Positions 9,241-19,618 of a DNA stretch of 64,000 nucleotides are shown here, in pieces. Source of the DNA: an uncultured Candidatus Babeliaceae bacterium (lineage in GTDB: Bacteria; Babelota; Babeliae; Babelales; Babelaceae); contig OY969927.1 in NCBI GenBank assembly GCA_963704655.1, forward strand, positions 1,088,001-1,152,000. Reading direction: 5' to 3'. Each line of letters opens with the position of its first letter. The stretch's first letter is position 1. The notes beneath the pieces were generated by a model. The model saw nothing but the letters and a program-made list of their open reading frames with translations. It made no database searches and was not told the DNA's origin. The position numbers and the translations under genes are program-made.

Positions 9241-9915
9241 ATGTCATCAACCGGGTTACGCGTCAAAGAATTATTACGAGAAAAAGGGTGGACAACTAAG
9301 ACTCTAGCAGAAAAAACTGGTATGTCTGAAAGTTATCTCACTCATATTAAAAATGGCACACGCCGCTGGAATGAAGATTCTTTGCGTAAATTATCAAAAG
9401 CTTTTGAAATTACACCAATCGATCTTTTTGCTCAACAGCGCCAACGTACTGATAATATTGAAAATCAGGTTACTATGCCTGAATCAGCAGATGTTCAATT
9501 AAAAGTTCAAATCGTTCCTGTGGTAAGTGAGATTCCTTCAAATCCTTCACCATACAATAACCAGCTTATGCAGGTTACTAGTGGCTGCAAAGATATGTTT
9601 ATCCCTGTTTTAAACCGTGCTGATGCTTCTATGTTTGCCTTATTGGTTAACGGAAACCATCTTGCGCCTATGTTTGAAAAAGGCGATGTTCTTATTGTTT
9701 CTCCAGAAACACGTACAACTTCAGGTAATATTGCTGCTGTTGAATATGGAACAGACTCTTTGGTTAAGGGCATTATGAAAGTTACGTATACTGAAGACTT
9801 TATTGTTCTTGAGTCACTTAACACTAAACAAGCACCTTTGGCTCTTATCCGTGGCAAAGATCATTTCAGAATCTTGGGCCGTGTAATAGAAAGACACCAA
9901 AAGTTTGTTGATTAA
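9241..9915 (+). CDS. XRE HTH regulator with S24-like C-terminal domain
   Basis: LRVKELLREKGWTTKTLAEKTGMSESYLTHIKNG; C-terminal FALLVNGNHLAPMFEKGDVLIVSP...RILGRVI. Confidence 0.85.
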   Translation: MSSTGLRVKELLREKGWTTKTLAEKTGMSESYLTHIKNGTRRWNEDSLRKLSKAFEITPIDLFAQQRQRTDNIENQVTMPESADVQLKVQIVPVVSEIPSNPSPYNNQLMQVTSGCKDMFIPVLNRADASMFALLVNGNHLAPMFEKGDVLIVSPETRTTSGNIAAVEYGTDSLVKGIMKVTYTEDFIVLESLNTKQAPLALIRGKDHFRILGRVIERHQKFVD

Positions 9916-10491
9916 TCAACTTAAATTACTCAAGGCGCCAGAAATGGCGCCTTTTTTTGTGCCGTCAGTTTTATTAATCAAAGGGCCTTCTTTTTCTATG
10001 GAGTTAATAAGGTCATGATTGTTTGGTATTTTTCCCGGGTTGCTTAGAAAAATAAGAGCTAAATCATGATCTTTCTTTATTCCATGGCCTCCATGAGAGT
10101 AAATCTGACCAATAAGTTTTCGAGTTTCCAAATAGGTAGTTTGATAAGATTCATGGAGCGATGCCTCTGGAAAGAATGCATTAAGAGAAATCAATATCCA
10201 ATAGCAACGGTTTCTTGCATGAAAATAAGCATTCTTAAGGATATTTGGGTGGTTATAGCACATCTTTGCAAGATGTAAGTTTGTTGTAAGGGGGGTATCC
10301 AAAGGGATCCCTTTATTAATTTCTTCCAGATCTTCCAGATGGTTGATAACCATGGCCGGTTTTTCTTGTACTACCTTTATTATCTCTTGTATATGTATAT
10401 TGTAAGGCGTTTGCCGCGAGTTTTCTGCTGCTTTGGCAAAGTAGCAGAGTAAGATGAGTGCATATGAAGTGCGATCAAATTGAAAATTCAT
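9916..10491 (-). CDS. Hypothetical protein
   Basis: 191 aa ORF with hydrophobic N-terminal stretch; 3' end runs through the terminator hairpin. Confidence 0.5.
   Translation of the reverse strand: MNFQFDRTSYALILLCYFAKAAENSRQTPYNIHIQEIIKVVQEKPAMVINHLEDLEEINKGIPLDTPLTTNLHLAKMCYNHPNILKNAYFHARNRCYWILISLNAFFPEASLHESYQTTYLETRKLIGQIYSHGGHGIKKDHDLALIFLSNPGKIPNNHDLINSIEKEGPLINKTDGTKKGAISGALSNLS
9932..9958 (+). terminator. Rho-independent terminator
   Basis: AAGGCGCCA-GAAA-TGGCGCCTT followed by a T run. Confidence 0.8.
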
Positions 10492-10551
10492 GGTTTAAGT
10501 GGGTCTCTTAATTATAGGATTTTACTTTTATGACTCATTATATTTAAATTC

Positions 10552-11298
10552 TTAAAAGGTGTCTGAAATGACCCCTTTTTCTTGTAATATATCTTGGAAC
10601 GCGCAAAACGCCTTTTCCCGGTATTTCTTTGGTAAAGAGTCAGATTTTAAACTTTCAAAAATAAGATTTGTTCCTTCTGCCGAATCGCCCGGCCACGCTA
10701 AAATGCTCATGATTATTCCACGATAGAGCTTTGCAATAGCAACCTCTTTTGCAAGACAAGCTTTTTTAGGCGTCGTTACATCAGGAGAGCCGGCACTTCT
10801 TATGATTTTATTAAGGGATAGGTCGACGGCTAATAATGTATTTGCTGGTATCTTGCCTTGCATAGTGATTGTGTGATCTAAGAATGAATAGGCTCGAAGG
10901 CGGGCCTTTTTTATGCAATCCGGATACTCTTCTAGAAGATGATGGTTTTCAGATTCGTTAAGATAGTTGGCCAAATTAAACCAATGCTCTGCCGCTAGAA
11001 GGTTTTTAAGAGCGCTCTTTCTTTTTTTTCTGGCATATTCAAATATAAAAGCTAATGTGGAATCATAGCTTTGACATTCGGCATTACTTTCTGATTGTGG
11101 TTTTGTTACTTTAAATGTGTAGTCAGCGTGGAGCTTTTCAAAGCCATCTTCTGCCAATAGGGTGAATGCGATCAGGGAAGGCGATTTTTTAGTCGCGTTT
11201 ACCGAGTCGCCGTTACTGACCAAGGTTAGATAGGGACTTGTAACTATATAGTTGGTTAAATATAGGTGCAGAAATATAACTAATACTGCCTTTTTCAT
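10552..11298 (-). CDS. Hypothetical exported protein
   Basis: GGAGG RBS, MKKAVLVIFLHLYL leader, helical body. Confidence 0.65.
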   Translation of the reverse strand: MKKAVLVIFLHLYLTNYIVTSPYLTLVSNGDSVNATKKSPSLIAFTLLAEDGFEKLHADYTFKVTKPQSESNAECQSYDSTLAFIFEYARKKRKSALKNLLAAEHWFNLANYLNESENHHLLEEYPDCIKKARLRAYSFLDHTITMQGKIPANTLLAVDLSLNKIIRSAGSPDVTTPKKACLAKEVAIAKLYRGIIMSILAWPGDSAEGTNLIFESLKSDSLPKKYREKAFCAFQDILQEKGVISDTF

Positions 11299-11445
11299 AA
11301 TCGCCTCCCTTTTTATTAATTTCAAATAGGAAAAATAATAATTAGAAAAATTGTTTTTATAGTACTCCCCTTGAGTTTTTTGTAATTTTTGTTACCATTA
11401 AATGTATGAAATCAACTAAAAAAAATCTACAGTTATAGGTTTTTT

Positions 11446-11480
11446 AGTGTAAATAACACTTCCATTTAGTGCAAAGGAAC
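11446..11480 (+). promoter_or_regulatory. Possible S6:S18 ribosomal protein leader
   Basis: AGTGT-AAATA-ACACT hairpin followed by TCC that could pair with the AGGA RBS of rpsF. Confidence 0.3.
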
Positions 11481-11486
11481 ATCCTT

Positions 11487-11909
11487 ATGATGCGTTACGA
11501 GGTACTGTTTTTAACAGTCCCGACTATTACTTCTGATGAAGTAACTGCCATTGAAACTCAGTGTGCAGCTTTAATTAAAGAACACAAAGCTTTCCAGATC
11601 TCATTCGAGCGTTGGGGTAAGTACTACTTAGCTTTTCAAGTTCAAAAAAATGACTATGGCGTTTACTTCTTGGTCCGCTTTGAAGTAGAAGACAAAGATA
11701 AGCAACCATTACTTGAAGCATTGAAGACTTTCTTTGCGGTTAAGCATAATGAATTGGTTATGCGCTATGTTATTACAGCTTTAGGTGAAAATGGTGCTTT
11801 AGAATACCATCGCCCAGAGTCACTTGATAGTGCTCCTTCACGCGAATACAATAATAATTCATACAACAACAGAGAATCTTCTGAGGATCTCTCTGCAGAT
11901 TTAGAATAG
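11487..11909 (+). CDS. rpsF: 30S ribosomal protein S6
   Basis: [39 protein letters not shown]. Confidence 0.93.
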   Translation: MMRYEVLFLTVPTITSDEVTAIETQCAALIKEHKAFQISFERWGKYYLAFQVQKNDYGVYFLVRFEVEDKDKQPLLEALKTFFAVKHNELVMRYVITALGENGALEYHRPESLDSAPSREYNNNSYNNRESSEDLSADLE

Positions 11910-11928
11910 ATCTTTAAGGATATTTGAT

Positions 11929-12210
11929 ATGGCAAAAGCAAAATTAAAAATTAGTGGTCGTCTTTTAAAAAAGAAAACACGTAAAAGTGGTTTTTCTGCA
12001 GCAAAACGTTGTCGTTTTACTTCAGGAGAGCTTCCAGAATCAGCAATTGACTATAAAAACGTTGATTTATTAAAAAGCTTCTTAACAGAGCGTGGTAAAA
12101 TTTTACCATCACGCATTTCTGGTAACGCTGCTTACTATCAACGTAAGTTGTCACGAGAAATTCGTAAATCTCGTACAATGGCATTATTGCCATACTCACA
12201 AAACTACTAA
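11929..12210 (+). CDS. rpsR: 30S ribosomal protein S18
   Basis: [26 protein letters not shown]...QRKL...ALLPY. Confidence 0.97.
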   Translation: MAKAKLKISGRLLKKKTRKSGFSAAKRCRFTSGELPESAIDYKNVDLLKSFLTERGKILPSRISGNAAYYQRKLSREIRKSRTMALLPYSQNY

Positions 12211-12233
12211 GTTTTGTTGAAATTTTTGATATT

Positions 12234-12267
12234 AAAAAAGCCTGCTGTAAAAAGCGGGCTTTTTTTA
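12234..12267. terminator. Bidirectional terminator
   Basis: AAAAAAGCCTGCT-loop-AGCGGGCTTTTTT between convergent genes. Confidence 0.8.
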
Positions 12268-12276
12268 GTTCTTTAT

Positions 12277-12747
12277 TTATATACTCTTGCTATGCGCCCT
12301 ATTTGGCAACGTGAGCGCGTTTCTCTGCTCATAACATAGCTTGATCAGATTTTGGATTTTTTCTATCGTCTCTTTTTTATCGCGCTGATTTCGTTTTGCA
12401 GCTTCAATGGTTTCAAGCAGAGTCTGATTTTCCATTACCTTTGCAGTAGGTCCAGAGTGGTGCTTTAGTACCGTTTCAAACGGGTCTGTTTTGCCTGAGT
12501 CAATTGCTAAATCCATGGCAAAGATCAGAGGGGTTATCTCTTGAAAGTATTTCACTTCTTTATATTTTTTATCAACATCAATTTTGTATGTTTTTATACA
12601 TTCTTGAATTTCGGCAATATTTTGTGAATTTGGGTTTTTATCGGCTTTCTGGATCGCCTTAACGAGTTGATCAATAGTATTTTCTGGAAATAGCTGGATC
12701 TTTTGAAGAGCTATTATAAGCAAGAACATAAAAGATATTCTTTTCAT
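12277..12747 (-). CDS. Hypothetical exported protein with degenerate ankyrin-like motif
   Basis: Signal-like N-terminus; ITPLIFAM. Confidence 0.6.
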   Translation of the reverse strand: MKRISFMFLLIIALQKIQLFPENTIDQLVKAIQKADKNPNSQNIAEIQECIKTYKIDVDKKYKEVKYFQEITPLIFAMDLAIDSGKTDPFETVLKHHSGPTAKVMENQTLLETIEAAKRNQRDKKETIEKIQNLIKLCYEQRNALTLPNRAHSKSI

Positions 12748-12824
12748 GATATCCCCTTTTTTTGATATATCATGCCGAACAAAATACTACCTTCAATTTA
12801 GTAGTTTAACAAAGCGTGCGCCTT

Positions 12825-13397
12825 TTATATAGAGTTTAAAGCTTCACATTCATGTTTTCTGCGCATATGAAGCATGGCATTTGTTGCATAGAGCTTTTTA
12901 AGTCTCGCCTCTTGACTGATGATGATCCCCAAGGCAGTATAATGCCTATCTATGCCTTTGATTGTTTGATTTGCTTCATTAAGAATATTCAGCCCTTTTG
13001 CATAATGTATTTTTGCTTGTTCGATATTTGTTAGCGCATTTTGAATACTTATTCTTACATGGTAATCATTTAAGAATGGATCAGAGAAAGTAGTTTGCGT
13101 AATACTCTGACAGTTTTTCTCGCAATGCTTCAAATAAACATCGCCTGTAAGTATGCACGCTTCAGCTTGGATTTTTGGAAAAACAGCTTGATCTGCGGGC
13201 TCAGCAAGCAATCTTAGTATTAAATCTAAATATGCATATGTGTTATTGGCTGGATTAGTTTCTATTGATTTTAAATGCAGTTTTGCAGTATTTAAATTAT
13301 ATTCATATACTTTTTGTAGTCTCAGCTCCATGGCAGCCAGAGGAACTGCAGTTTGGCAGAAAACAAAGATAGGTATAATTAAGCTTTTTATATTCAC
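12825..13397 (-). CDS. Hypothetical exported helical protein
   Basis: Signal peptide ending PLAA then MELR; TPR-like ACILTGDVY and AKIHYAKGL. Confidence 0.65.
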   Translation of the reverse strand: MNIKSLIIPIFVFCQTAVPLAAMELRLQKVYEYNLNTAKLHLKSIETNPANNTYAYLDLILRLLAEPADQAVFPKIQAEACILTGDVYLKHCEKNCQSITQTTFSDPFLNDYHVRISIQNALTNIEQAKIHYAKGLNILNEANQTIKGIDRHYTALGIIISQEARLKKLYATNAMLHMRRKHECEALNSI

Positions 13398-13467
13398 AAT
13401 GTCCCTTATATAATAATGAATTTTAAATTAAGTTTAAAATAAAATAGCATATAAATAAAGCTTAAAT

Positions 13468-14310
13468 TTAGTGCAATATAAAATTGTTTACAAGCACAGC
13501 TTTTTCTGCACTCTGAATATGATTTAATGCCCCTAAATGCGCTAATTCTGGGTTGCTTTCTATTTTAATGAGCTGATTTTCTATGCAGAGTAACTCGTCT
13601 AACTTATTAAGACTTTTTTGCAATGAGCTTTTTGTAAGTTCATGTTCGTGATCTAAAATCTTAATTTTTATATCTGTTGTATTAAAAACTTGTATCATTT
13701 CATCTAATACAACTGCTAAACGTGTGCCATCAGGGTTAAAGATAGTATATCTCGGTGAATGATTCATTTTTAAAGTATGTACCTTTTTAAATGTGCCTAA
13801 GAGCGCCATGAGTTTTACATTTGAATCTTGTGTCCATGCTTGTATTTTTCCATCATTACTACAAATATTGGGGTAAAAATGAATTATATGGGAATGGACT
13901 ATTGTGCCATCTGGCAGTATGGCAAAATCGCTAAAAGGTGGCATTTCGATTCTTCGCATTACTTTTCTATCGATCAAATTCCAGATGGTTAATATACCTT
14001 GGAAGTTTTCAAACAGCGATAGATAAGCTAGCGCTTTGCTGTCTTGGCCAAAGTGAATATTGTGTATCTTGCTTTCAGGTTTATCTTTTAATGTTAATAA
14101 GGGTTGATTTGTTTTTGCATCCAAGAGCTTTACTATATTGTTAGACAATACAACTGCTAACATTTGGCCGTCAGGGCTATATGCAGCGCATGGGGTTTCA
14201 CTTGCATGTTCGATCTCAAAATAGTCTAAATTATGCATGTCGATTGTCTCTGTGCACATCACAAGTTGCTGAAATGTGATCAACGCACATAAAAATACTG
14301 TCTTTAACAT
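13468..14310 (-). CDS. Exported WD40-repeat protein, shortened paralog
   Basis: YSPDGQMLAV, FNPDGTRLAV; leader peptide identical to that of the gene at 16744. Confidence 0.8.
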   Translation of the reverse strand: MLKTVFLCALITFQQLVMCTETIDMHNLDYFEIEHASETPCAAYSPDGQMLAVVLSNNIVKLLDAKTNQPLLTLKDKPESKIHNIHFGQDSKALAYLSLFENFQGILTIWNLIDRKVMRRIEMPPFSDFAILPDGTIVHSHIIHFYPNICSNDGKIQAWTQDSNVKLMALLGTFKKVHTLKMNHSPRYTIFNPDGTRLAVVLDEMIQVFNTTDIKIKILDHEHELTKSSLQKSLNKLDELLCIENQLIKIESNPELAHLGALNHIQSAEKAVLVNNFILH

Positions 14311-15557
14311 GTTTCCTCTATTTTTCTTTTTTTGTTGCTTTGAATATTACTATTTAATTCTTGCAGATGAGCTAATTCTGATGGGTTTGAAGACTGCGAT
14401 TTAAATTGCTCTAACGTGCTCATCATCAAATCTCCCCAGTGGGTAAGTTTTTTATTAAATTCAGAACTTTGCTCTTCAATACGTTTTAGTAGTTCAATGC
14501 GTTCAAGCTCTGTTTCTATAGCATCAAAATCCCAGATTCTAACTGTTTTGTCAGAAGATGCGCTTGCCAACAGTGCGTAATTCGGACTGAATGCGATACC
14601 TCTCACCCGATCTGTATGTCCAGTTAGGCATATTAACTGCTCTCCAGATTCAACATCCCAAACCCTTATAGTTTCATCAGATGATGCACTTGCTATTTTT
14701 GTGCTATCACGGTTAAATGCAACGCTTTCCACGTAGTGGCTATGGCCGTGAAATTCTTTTAATAGTACGCCATCAGATGCATTAACTTTCCACAGTCTTA
14801 CGATACAATCATATGAGCCACTTACTAACTTTGTGCTATCATGGTTAAATGCGACACTATAAACGGGGTTGTAAGTATAACCTTTATTTATTATATTCAT
14901 CCGCATTAACGATTCATTTGTTCTATTATCGAAAATTTTTATAATACTAGAGTAGCCAATTGCTATTTTAGTCCTGTCATGATTGCAGTTGCTAATTCTG
15001 CGAACATCAGCATCACCCAATTGTCTTTTTTGACTGACTTGTGTAGGTGTTGCTGATTTAGTGACATCATTGCTATCAGAGCTGCTTTCTTTATTGTCTG
15101 GTTCGTATATAGAAAGAGTGTCATCTGGGGCAAATATAACTTTATCACGGTAGTTGACTTTCAAACACTGCAATTGAGCGCCTGCTTCAATATCCCAAAG
15201 TCTGACCGTTTTATCATCTGCCGCACTTACTAACTTGCTGCTGTCAAGGGTGAACATAACGTTTCTAACAATGTCTGTATGGCCATTTAAGCATTGCACT
15301 TGTTCACCCGTTTTAACATCCCATACTCGTGCAGTTGTATCCGATGATCCGCTTGCTATTTTTGTGCCATCACAATTAAATGCAAGGTTGTGAACCGCGC
15401 TTGTATGGCCAGTGAGAATTTTTTTACAAAAAACGCTCATAAGTGCACGTTGTTGATCTTCAGAAAGATTAAAGAATGGGCCTTTAGGTGTTGTCTCTGT
15501 GCACATTGCAAGTTGCTGAAATGTGATTAATGTAAGAAAAGTGATTTTTTTTAACAT
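14304..15557 (-). CDS. Exported WD40-repeat protein
   Basis: Canonical GH..V..AF..D..KIASGS.D.T.RVWD repeats; C-terminal KKRKIEETC. Confidence 0.92.
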   Translation of the reverse strand: MLKKITFLTLITFQQLAMCTETTPKGPFFNLSEDQQRALMSVFCKKILTGHTSAVHNLAFNCDGTKIASGSSDTTARVWDVKTGEQVQCLNGHTDIVRNVMFTLDSSKLVSAADDKTVRLWDIEAGAQLQCLKVNYRDKVIFAPDDTLSIYEPDNKESSSDSNDVTKSATPTQVSQKRQLGDADVRRISNCNHDRTKIAIGYSSIIKIFDNRTNESLMRMNIINKGYTYNPVYSVAFNHDSTKLVSGSYDCIVRLWKVNASDGVLLKEFHGHSHYVESVAFNRDSTKIASASSDETIRVWDVESGEQLICLTGHTDRVRGIAFSPNYALLASASSDKTVRIWDFDAIETELERIELLKRIEEQSSEFNKKLTHWGDLMMSTLEQFKSQSSNPSELAHLQELNSNIQSNKKRKIEETC

Positions 15558-16744
15558 ATTTCCTCTATTTTCCGTTTTTTGCTGGTTCGAGTAATTTCCT
15601 CTAATGCCTGTAAGTGAGCTAGTTCAGCGTAATTCAGTATTCTTTTCACTTGATCGAATTCAAGTTGGTCTAATGCGTCGGCCGTCAAGTTCAGTTGGTC
15701 TTTGATTGCTTTGTGTAATTTAGATCTTAAAGGAATAGTTTTTATGTCTGTTATATCAAAGACTTGATTTGCCTTATAAGATGCCGTTGCTAAACGTGTG
15801 CCGGCTGGATTAAAGGCAAGTTCCCTTACTGTTCGATAACCTGTCTCTATAGTGTGTAGCAGCCCATTTGTGACTAAATTTCGGAGTTTTATGGTTTTAT
15901 CACATGCGCTTGCTAATATTTTACTATCAGGGCTTATAGCAAGAGCTTCTACTTCAGCAAGGTGCGCTGTAAATTTATGAAATGCATGAGTATTGTCTTT
16001 TTCAATATCCAAGATGATAATGTCTCCACAAGATGTGCCTATTAGCTTTGAACCATCTGGGGTATATTGAATTTTATTTATACATTTTGTATCAAAGGTA
16101 TGGCCGCGTTTATGGTCAGCATCATAAAAATCTATACCGAACATCTCTCTATGAACTCCAACGGCCAAGGTTTTATCTTGGGGATGTAATGCAAAAGAAC
16201 TTATGACTTCATGTTCATTTCGATTCACAAAAGTTTCCCAGTTGAAACTCTTTTCTTGTGCAATACTTTGAATGCACCCTATTTTATCTTGGTTAATTAA
16301 AAGTATTATTTTGTCATTTTCTTTAAATACCATATGATCAATTGGTGATTGAAATTTGATTTCGCGCGTTTCTACTTGACCATCAGCCATAAGGTGCCAG
16401 GTATTTATGCGTGAGCTCCCTGATAGGCAAGCTAATGTTTTGCCATCGGGGCTAAATATAACCCTTTGTATATCGCTAGAAGGGGCATCTTCCAGAGTTG
16501 ATATGAGCGCATACGTTTTTGCATCCAAGAGTTTTATAATATTGTCAGAATACCCAATTGCTAACATTGTGCCATCAGGGCTATATGCGATGCATGGTAA
16601 AGAGATGCATGGTATTGTGTTTTTATGTTCGATCTCAACCTTGTTTGTTGCAGTTATCTGTAGCAGCTGATCAATGGTTGTCTCTGTGCACATCACAAGT
16701 TGCTGAAATGTGATCAATGCACATAAAAATACTGTCTTTAACAT
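15551..16744 (-). CDS. Exported WD40-repeat protein
   Basis: YSPDG, FSPDG, YTPDG and ISPDS blades; C-terminal KKRKIEEIC. Confidence 0.88.
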   Translation of the reverse strand: MLKTVFLCALITFQQLVMCTETTIDQLLQITATNKVEIEHKNTIPCISLPCIAYSPDGTMLAIGYSDNIIKLLDAKTYALISTLEDAPSSDIQRVIFSPDGKTLACLSGSSRINTWHLMADGQVETREIKFQSPIDHMVFKENDKIILLINQDKIGCIQSIAQEKSFNWETFVNRNEHEVISSFALHPQDKTLAVGVHREMFGIDFYDADHKRGHTFDTKCINKIQYTPDGSKLIGTSCGDIIILDIEKDNTHAFHKFTAHLAEVEALAISPDSKILASACDKTIKLRNLVTNGLLHTIETGYRTVRELAFNPAGTRLATASYKANQVFDITDIKTIPLRSKLHKAIKDQLNLTADALDQLEFDQVKRILNYAELAHLQALEEITRTSKKRKIEEIC

Positions 16745-16749
16745 AGTCC

Positions 16750-17907
16750 CTATTTTTCTTTTTCTGGGTTCAGAATATAGTTTAATGCCCCTAAATGCGC
16801 TATGGAGTTTAATGCCCCTAAATGCACTAATTGTGAGATTGCTAAAAGATCGTCAAATTTTCCAAGCGTTTTTTCTACTTGAGCTTTTAAATGATCACGT
16901 TTAATTTCTGCCATAGGCTTTATATCTTTTGTATCAATGACGCCTATAACCTTATCTGATGCAACTGCTAAATGAGCATCATCGTGATCAAAGGCAAGCT
17001 TTTTTGGCACCGGGCCTGTTTCTATAGTTTGTAATAGTTTATACCTGACAAGATCCCAGAGTTTTATAGTTTTATCACCTGACGCACTTGCTAAAAATTT
17101 ACTGTCGCTGCTTATAGCAAGTGCAGTTATATCACAGCTATGTGCTTCAAATCTATGGCGGGCCTTTTCTTTAATATCCATGATGAGAATGTCAGTATTA
17201 TACGTGCCTATAAGCTTTGAGCCATCTGGGGTATATTGAAGTTTATATATGTAGGACGTGCCAAAATAGTTGTAAGGTTTTGCATTTTCGAAATCATAGA
17301 AAGTTATACTATTTATAATATTTGGTAATTCTAATCCAACGGCTAAGGTTTTGTCTTTGGGATGCAATGCAAATGAGCTTATGTTTTTACTATTATTTTG
17401 ATCAATAACAATTTTCGATTGGATATATTTCTTACCTTTAATAAGTTTAATTTTTTGTATAATGTCATGGTTGGTCAAAACTACTATTTTGTCATTTTCT
17501 TCAAATATTATCTGATCAATGGAATTTTTAAATTTGATTTCCCGTGTCTTTATCTCACCATCTGCCATAAAATTCCAGGTTTTTATACGCGAATCCCCCG
17601 TTAAGCTAGCTAGTGCTTTGCTATCAGGGCTAAATATAATACTTTGTATAGCGCTAGTAGGTTCGTCGTGCAGCGTTAATATAAGCTCATACGTTTTGGG
17701 ATTCAGGAGTTCTATCGTGTTGTTGGAAGATGCAACTGCCAACATCGTGCCATCGGGGCTATAGGCAGCGCATGGCAAAGAAGTGTAAGGTATTTTGCTT
17801 TCGTGCGCGATCTCAACATAGCTTAAATCACTTATAACAGGTGTCTCTGTGCACATCACAAGTTGCTGAAATGTGGCTAAAAGACATAAAAAAGCTGTTA
17901 TTAACAT
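16750..17907 (-). CDS. Exported WD40-repeat protein
   Basis: Paralog of 15551..16744; LASASGDKTIKLWD; HLGALN duplicated with a 27 bp period. Confidence 0.88.
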   Translation of the reverse strand: MLITAFLCLLATFQQLVMCTETPVISDLSYVEIAHESKIPYTSLPCAAYSPDGTMLAVASSNNTIELLNPKTYELILTLHDEPTSAIQSIIFSPDSKALASLTGDSRIKTWNFMADGEIKTREIKFKNSIDQIIFEENDKIVVLTNHDIIQKIKLIKGKKYIQSKIVIDQNNSKNISSFALHPKDKTLAVGLELPNIINSITFYDFENAKPYNYFGTSYIYKLQYTPDGSKLIGTYNTDILIMDIKEKARHRFEAHSCDITALAISSDSKFLASASGDKTIKLWDLVRYKLLQTIETGPVPKKLAFDHDDAHLAVASDKVIGVIDTKDIKPMAEIKRDHLKAQVEKTLGKFDDLLAISQLVHLGALNSIAHLGALNYILNPEKEK

Positions 17908-17998
17908 AGTGCCCCTATTAAAAAGTGGTTACATTTTATAAAAACTAAAATAAGTTTAAACTAAAATAATAAGTTAATAAACTTTAACTATATAGAAT

Positions 17999-18385
17999 AT
18001 GAAAAAAATACCGTTTTTGATAACAGCGGCGCAGGCGGGGTTTCCCTCCCCCGCGCAGGATTTTACCGAATTGCCATTAGATTTGAATAGCTATCTTGTT
18101 AAGCATCCGGCAGCGACATTTTTAGTGCGTGTAACGGGGGATTCCATGCTTAATGCAGGCATTCATAATGGCGATGTGCTGATTGTCGACCGTGCGCTTG
18201 CCGTTGCAGCGGGTAATATCGTGGTTGCTGTTTTAATGGGCGAGTTTACGATTAAATATTATTACCCAGAAAAAGATAACATTGTTTTACGGCCGGCGCA
18301 TAAAGATTATTCTGATATTGTGGTAACCCCAGAGATGGATTTTGAAATCTGGGGCGTAGTAACCTGTGTTTTGCATAAAGTGTGA
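17999..18385 (+). CDS. umuD: DNA polymerase V subunit UmuD
   Basis: AGFPSPA cleavage site, VTGDSM, GEFTIK, EIWGVV. Confidence 0.95.
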   Translation: MKKIPFLITAAQAGFPSPAQDFTELPLDLNSYLVKHPAATFLVRVTGDSMLNAGIHNGDVLIVDRALAVAAGNIVVAVLMGEFTIKYYYPEKDNIVLRPAHKDYSDIVVTPEMDFEIWGVVTCVLHKV

Positions 18386-18398
18386 TGAAATAAATAGA

Positions 18399-19565
18399 TT
18401 ATTTAGTATGACCCGAAATGTTTAGCTTTAATGGGACTCTGTAAGCTGCAGTTTTGCCTGTATCTGTACCAACAGCGATAAGTTCGCCATTTTTGCTATA
18501 GGCAATAGCGGTTATGGTATCATTATTCAGACGGATATCTCTTTTAAAATTAAAGCTGGTAAGATCATATACCTTCACTAGCCGACCATCAGTAACTGCA
18601 AATTCATTCGCTGCTGTACTTATTGCAACTCTGGTTGCCGAATTTTCTTGTTTTAAGCATTCTATTTGGTTGATAGCATATTCTTGCTCAAGAGTTCTTA
18701 CAATATTTTGTTTTACAATCGTATTTGACGGCGCCCGATTGATAATTATATTGCTACCTATTTCTTCTATTGTAATTTTTTTTAGTGGATTATTTGCCGT
18801 GGAAACCAGCGATAAAGTTATATCATATACCTTCCGGTCGGTTTTTCGTATGTCCCAAATCTCAACATCTTCCGACGTTCCGCATATTAACTTATTGTCA
18901 GTAATTGCAAGGTTTAAAGGGGGAGTTTCGCTTTCGATACGCATTATTGGGCGGTTCCATGCCATGGTATCATATAATACTATGGGCTCGTTATATGGTA
19001 CGCTTTTCTTAAAGCCAGCTGCTATGATAGCACTTGAAGGGTAAATACCCATGCAAGCGATATCAGCATTCGTTTCAATAGTATTGGTAGTGTTGCCTGT
19101 GTCTGTTGCTCGAACTTTTATATACCTATCATGGCCAGTAACGAGTCTTTTTCCATCTGGTGTATATGCAAGCTGCGTATACGGGGTTTCTTCTGGATAT
19201 AATTGTAGAATCTGATTATTTTGATCATCTCTGGCGGTTACCTGGATGTTGTTATTGTCGCATGCTCGAGTTGCAAAAGCTTCTAATTGTGGGTGGTGTG
19301 CGATATTGCATGAGCTATTATATGCATTTTTAAGTACTGCAACAGAATGCACGCTCGCTTTTTTTAAAACGCCCTGTAATAATAAGTTGTAGACATATAA
19401 TGCGTTTTCACGATCGCCAGCTACATATACATCTGGGGATGTCTTGCTAAATGCGATGTCAGTAATCGCGCGAGGGGCGGTTTCACTGCACGATGCATTG
19501 TGTGAAACAATGAGCGATAAAAAAGACAAAAATATAATGATCATAACAGCCTTTGAGTTTATCAC
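18399..19565 (-). CDS. Exported WD40-repeat protein
   Basis: Signal peptide; YTPDGKRLVTG, IWDIRK, YSKNGELIAVG. Confidence 0.82.
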   Translation of the reverse strand: MINSKAVMIIIFLSFLSLIVSHNASCSETAPRAITDIAFSKTSPDVYVAGDRENALYVYNLLLQGVLKKASVHSVAVLKNAYNSSCNIAHHPQLEAFATRACDNNNIQVTARDDQNNQILQLYPEETPYTQLAYTPDGKRLVTGHDRYIKVRATDTGNTTNTIETNADIACMGIYPSSAIIAAGFKKSVPYNEPIVLYDTMAWNRPIMRIESETPPLNLAITDNKLICGTSEDVEIWDIRKTDRKVYDITLSLVSTANNPLKKITIEEIGSNIIINRAPSNTIVKQNIVRTLEQEYAINQIECLKQENSATRVAISTAANEFAVTDGRLVKVYDLTSFNFKRDIRLNNDTITAIAYSKNGELIAVGTDTGKTAAYRVPLKLNISGHTK

Positions 19566-19618
19566 TGAATGAATATAAGAATGTACTTAAATAGCATAAG
19601 GTGAAGTTTTAGGACTGT

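Noticed and set aside
9241-9915. Prophage repressor marking a prophage
   Set aside because: No integrase, structural or replication phage genes nearby
11909-11929. Missing ssb between rpsF and rpsR
   Set aside because: A common rearrangement; not informative
15430-15490. FFNLSEDQQRALMSVF as an F-box start in the WD40 protein
   Set aside because: Lacks the LP.E core and is too short to support
17910-17998. SOS/LexA box upstream of umuD
   Set aside because: No CTG-N10-CAG or GAAC-N4-GTTC motif seen; the region is just AT-rich
18845-18870. WDIR as a DDB1-binding WDxR motif
   Set aside because: A single WDxR arises easily in WD40 blades, so it is not independent evidence
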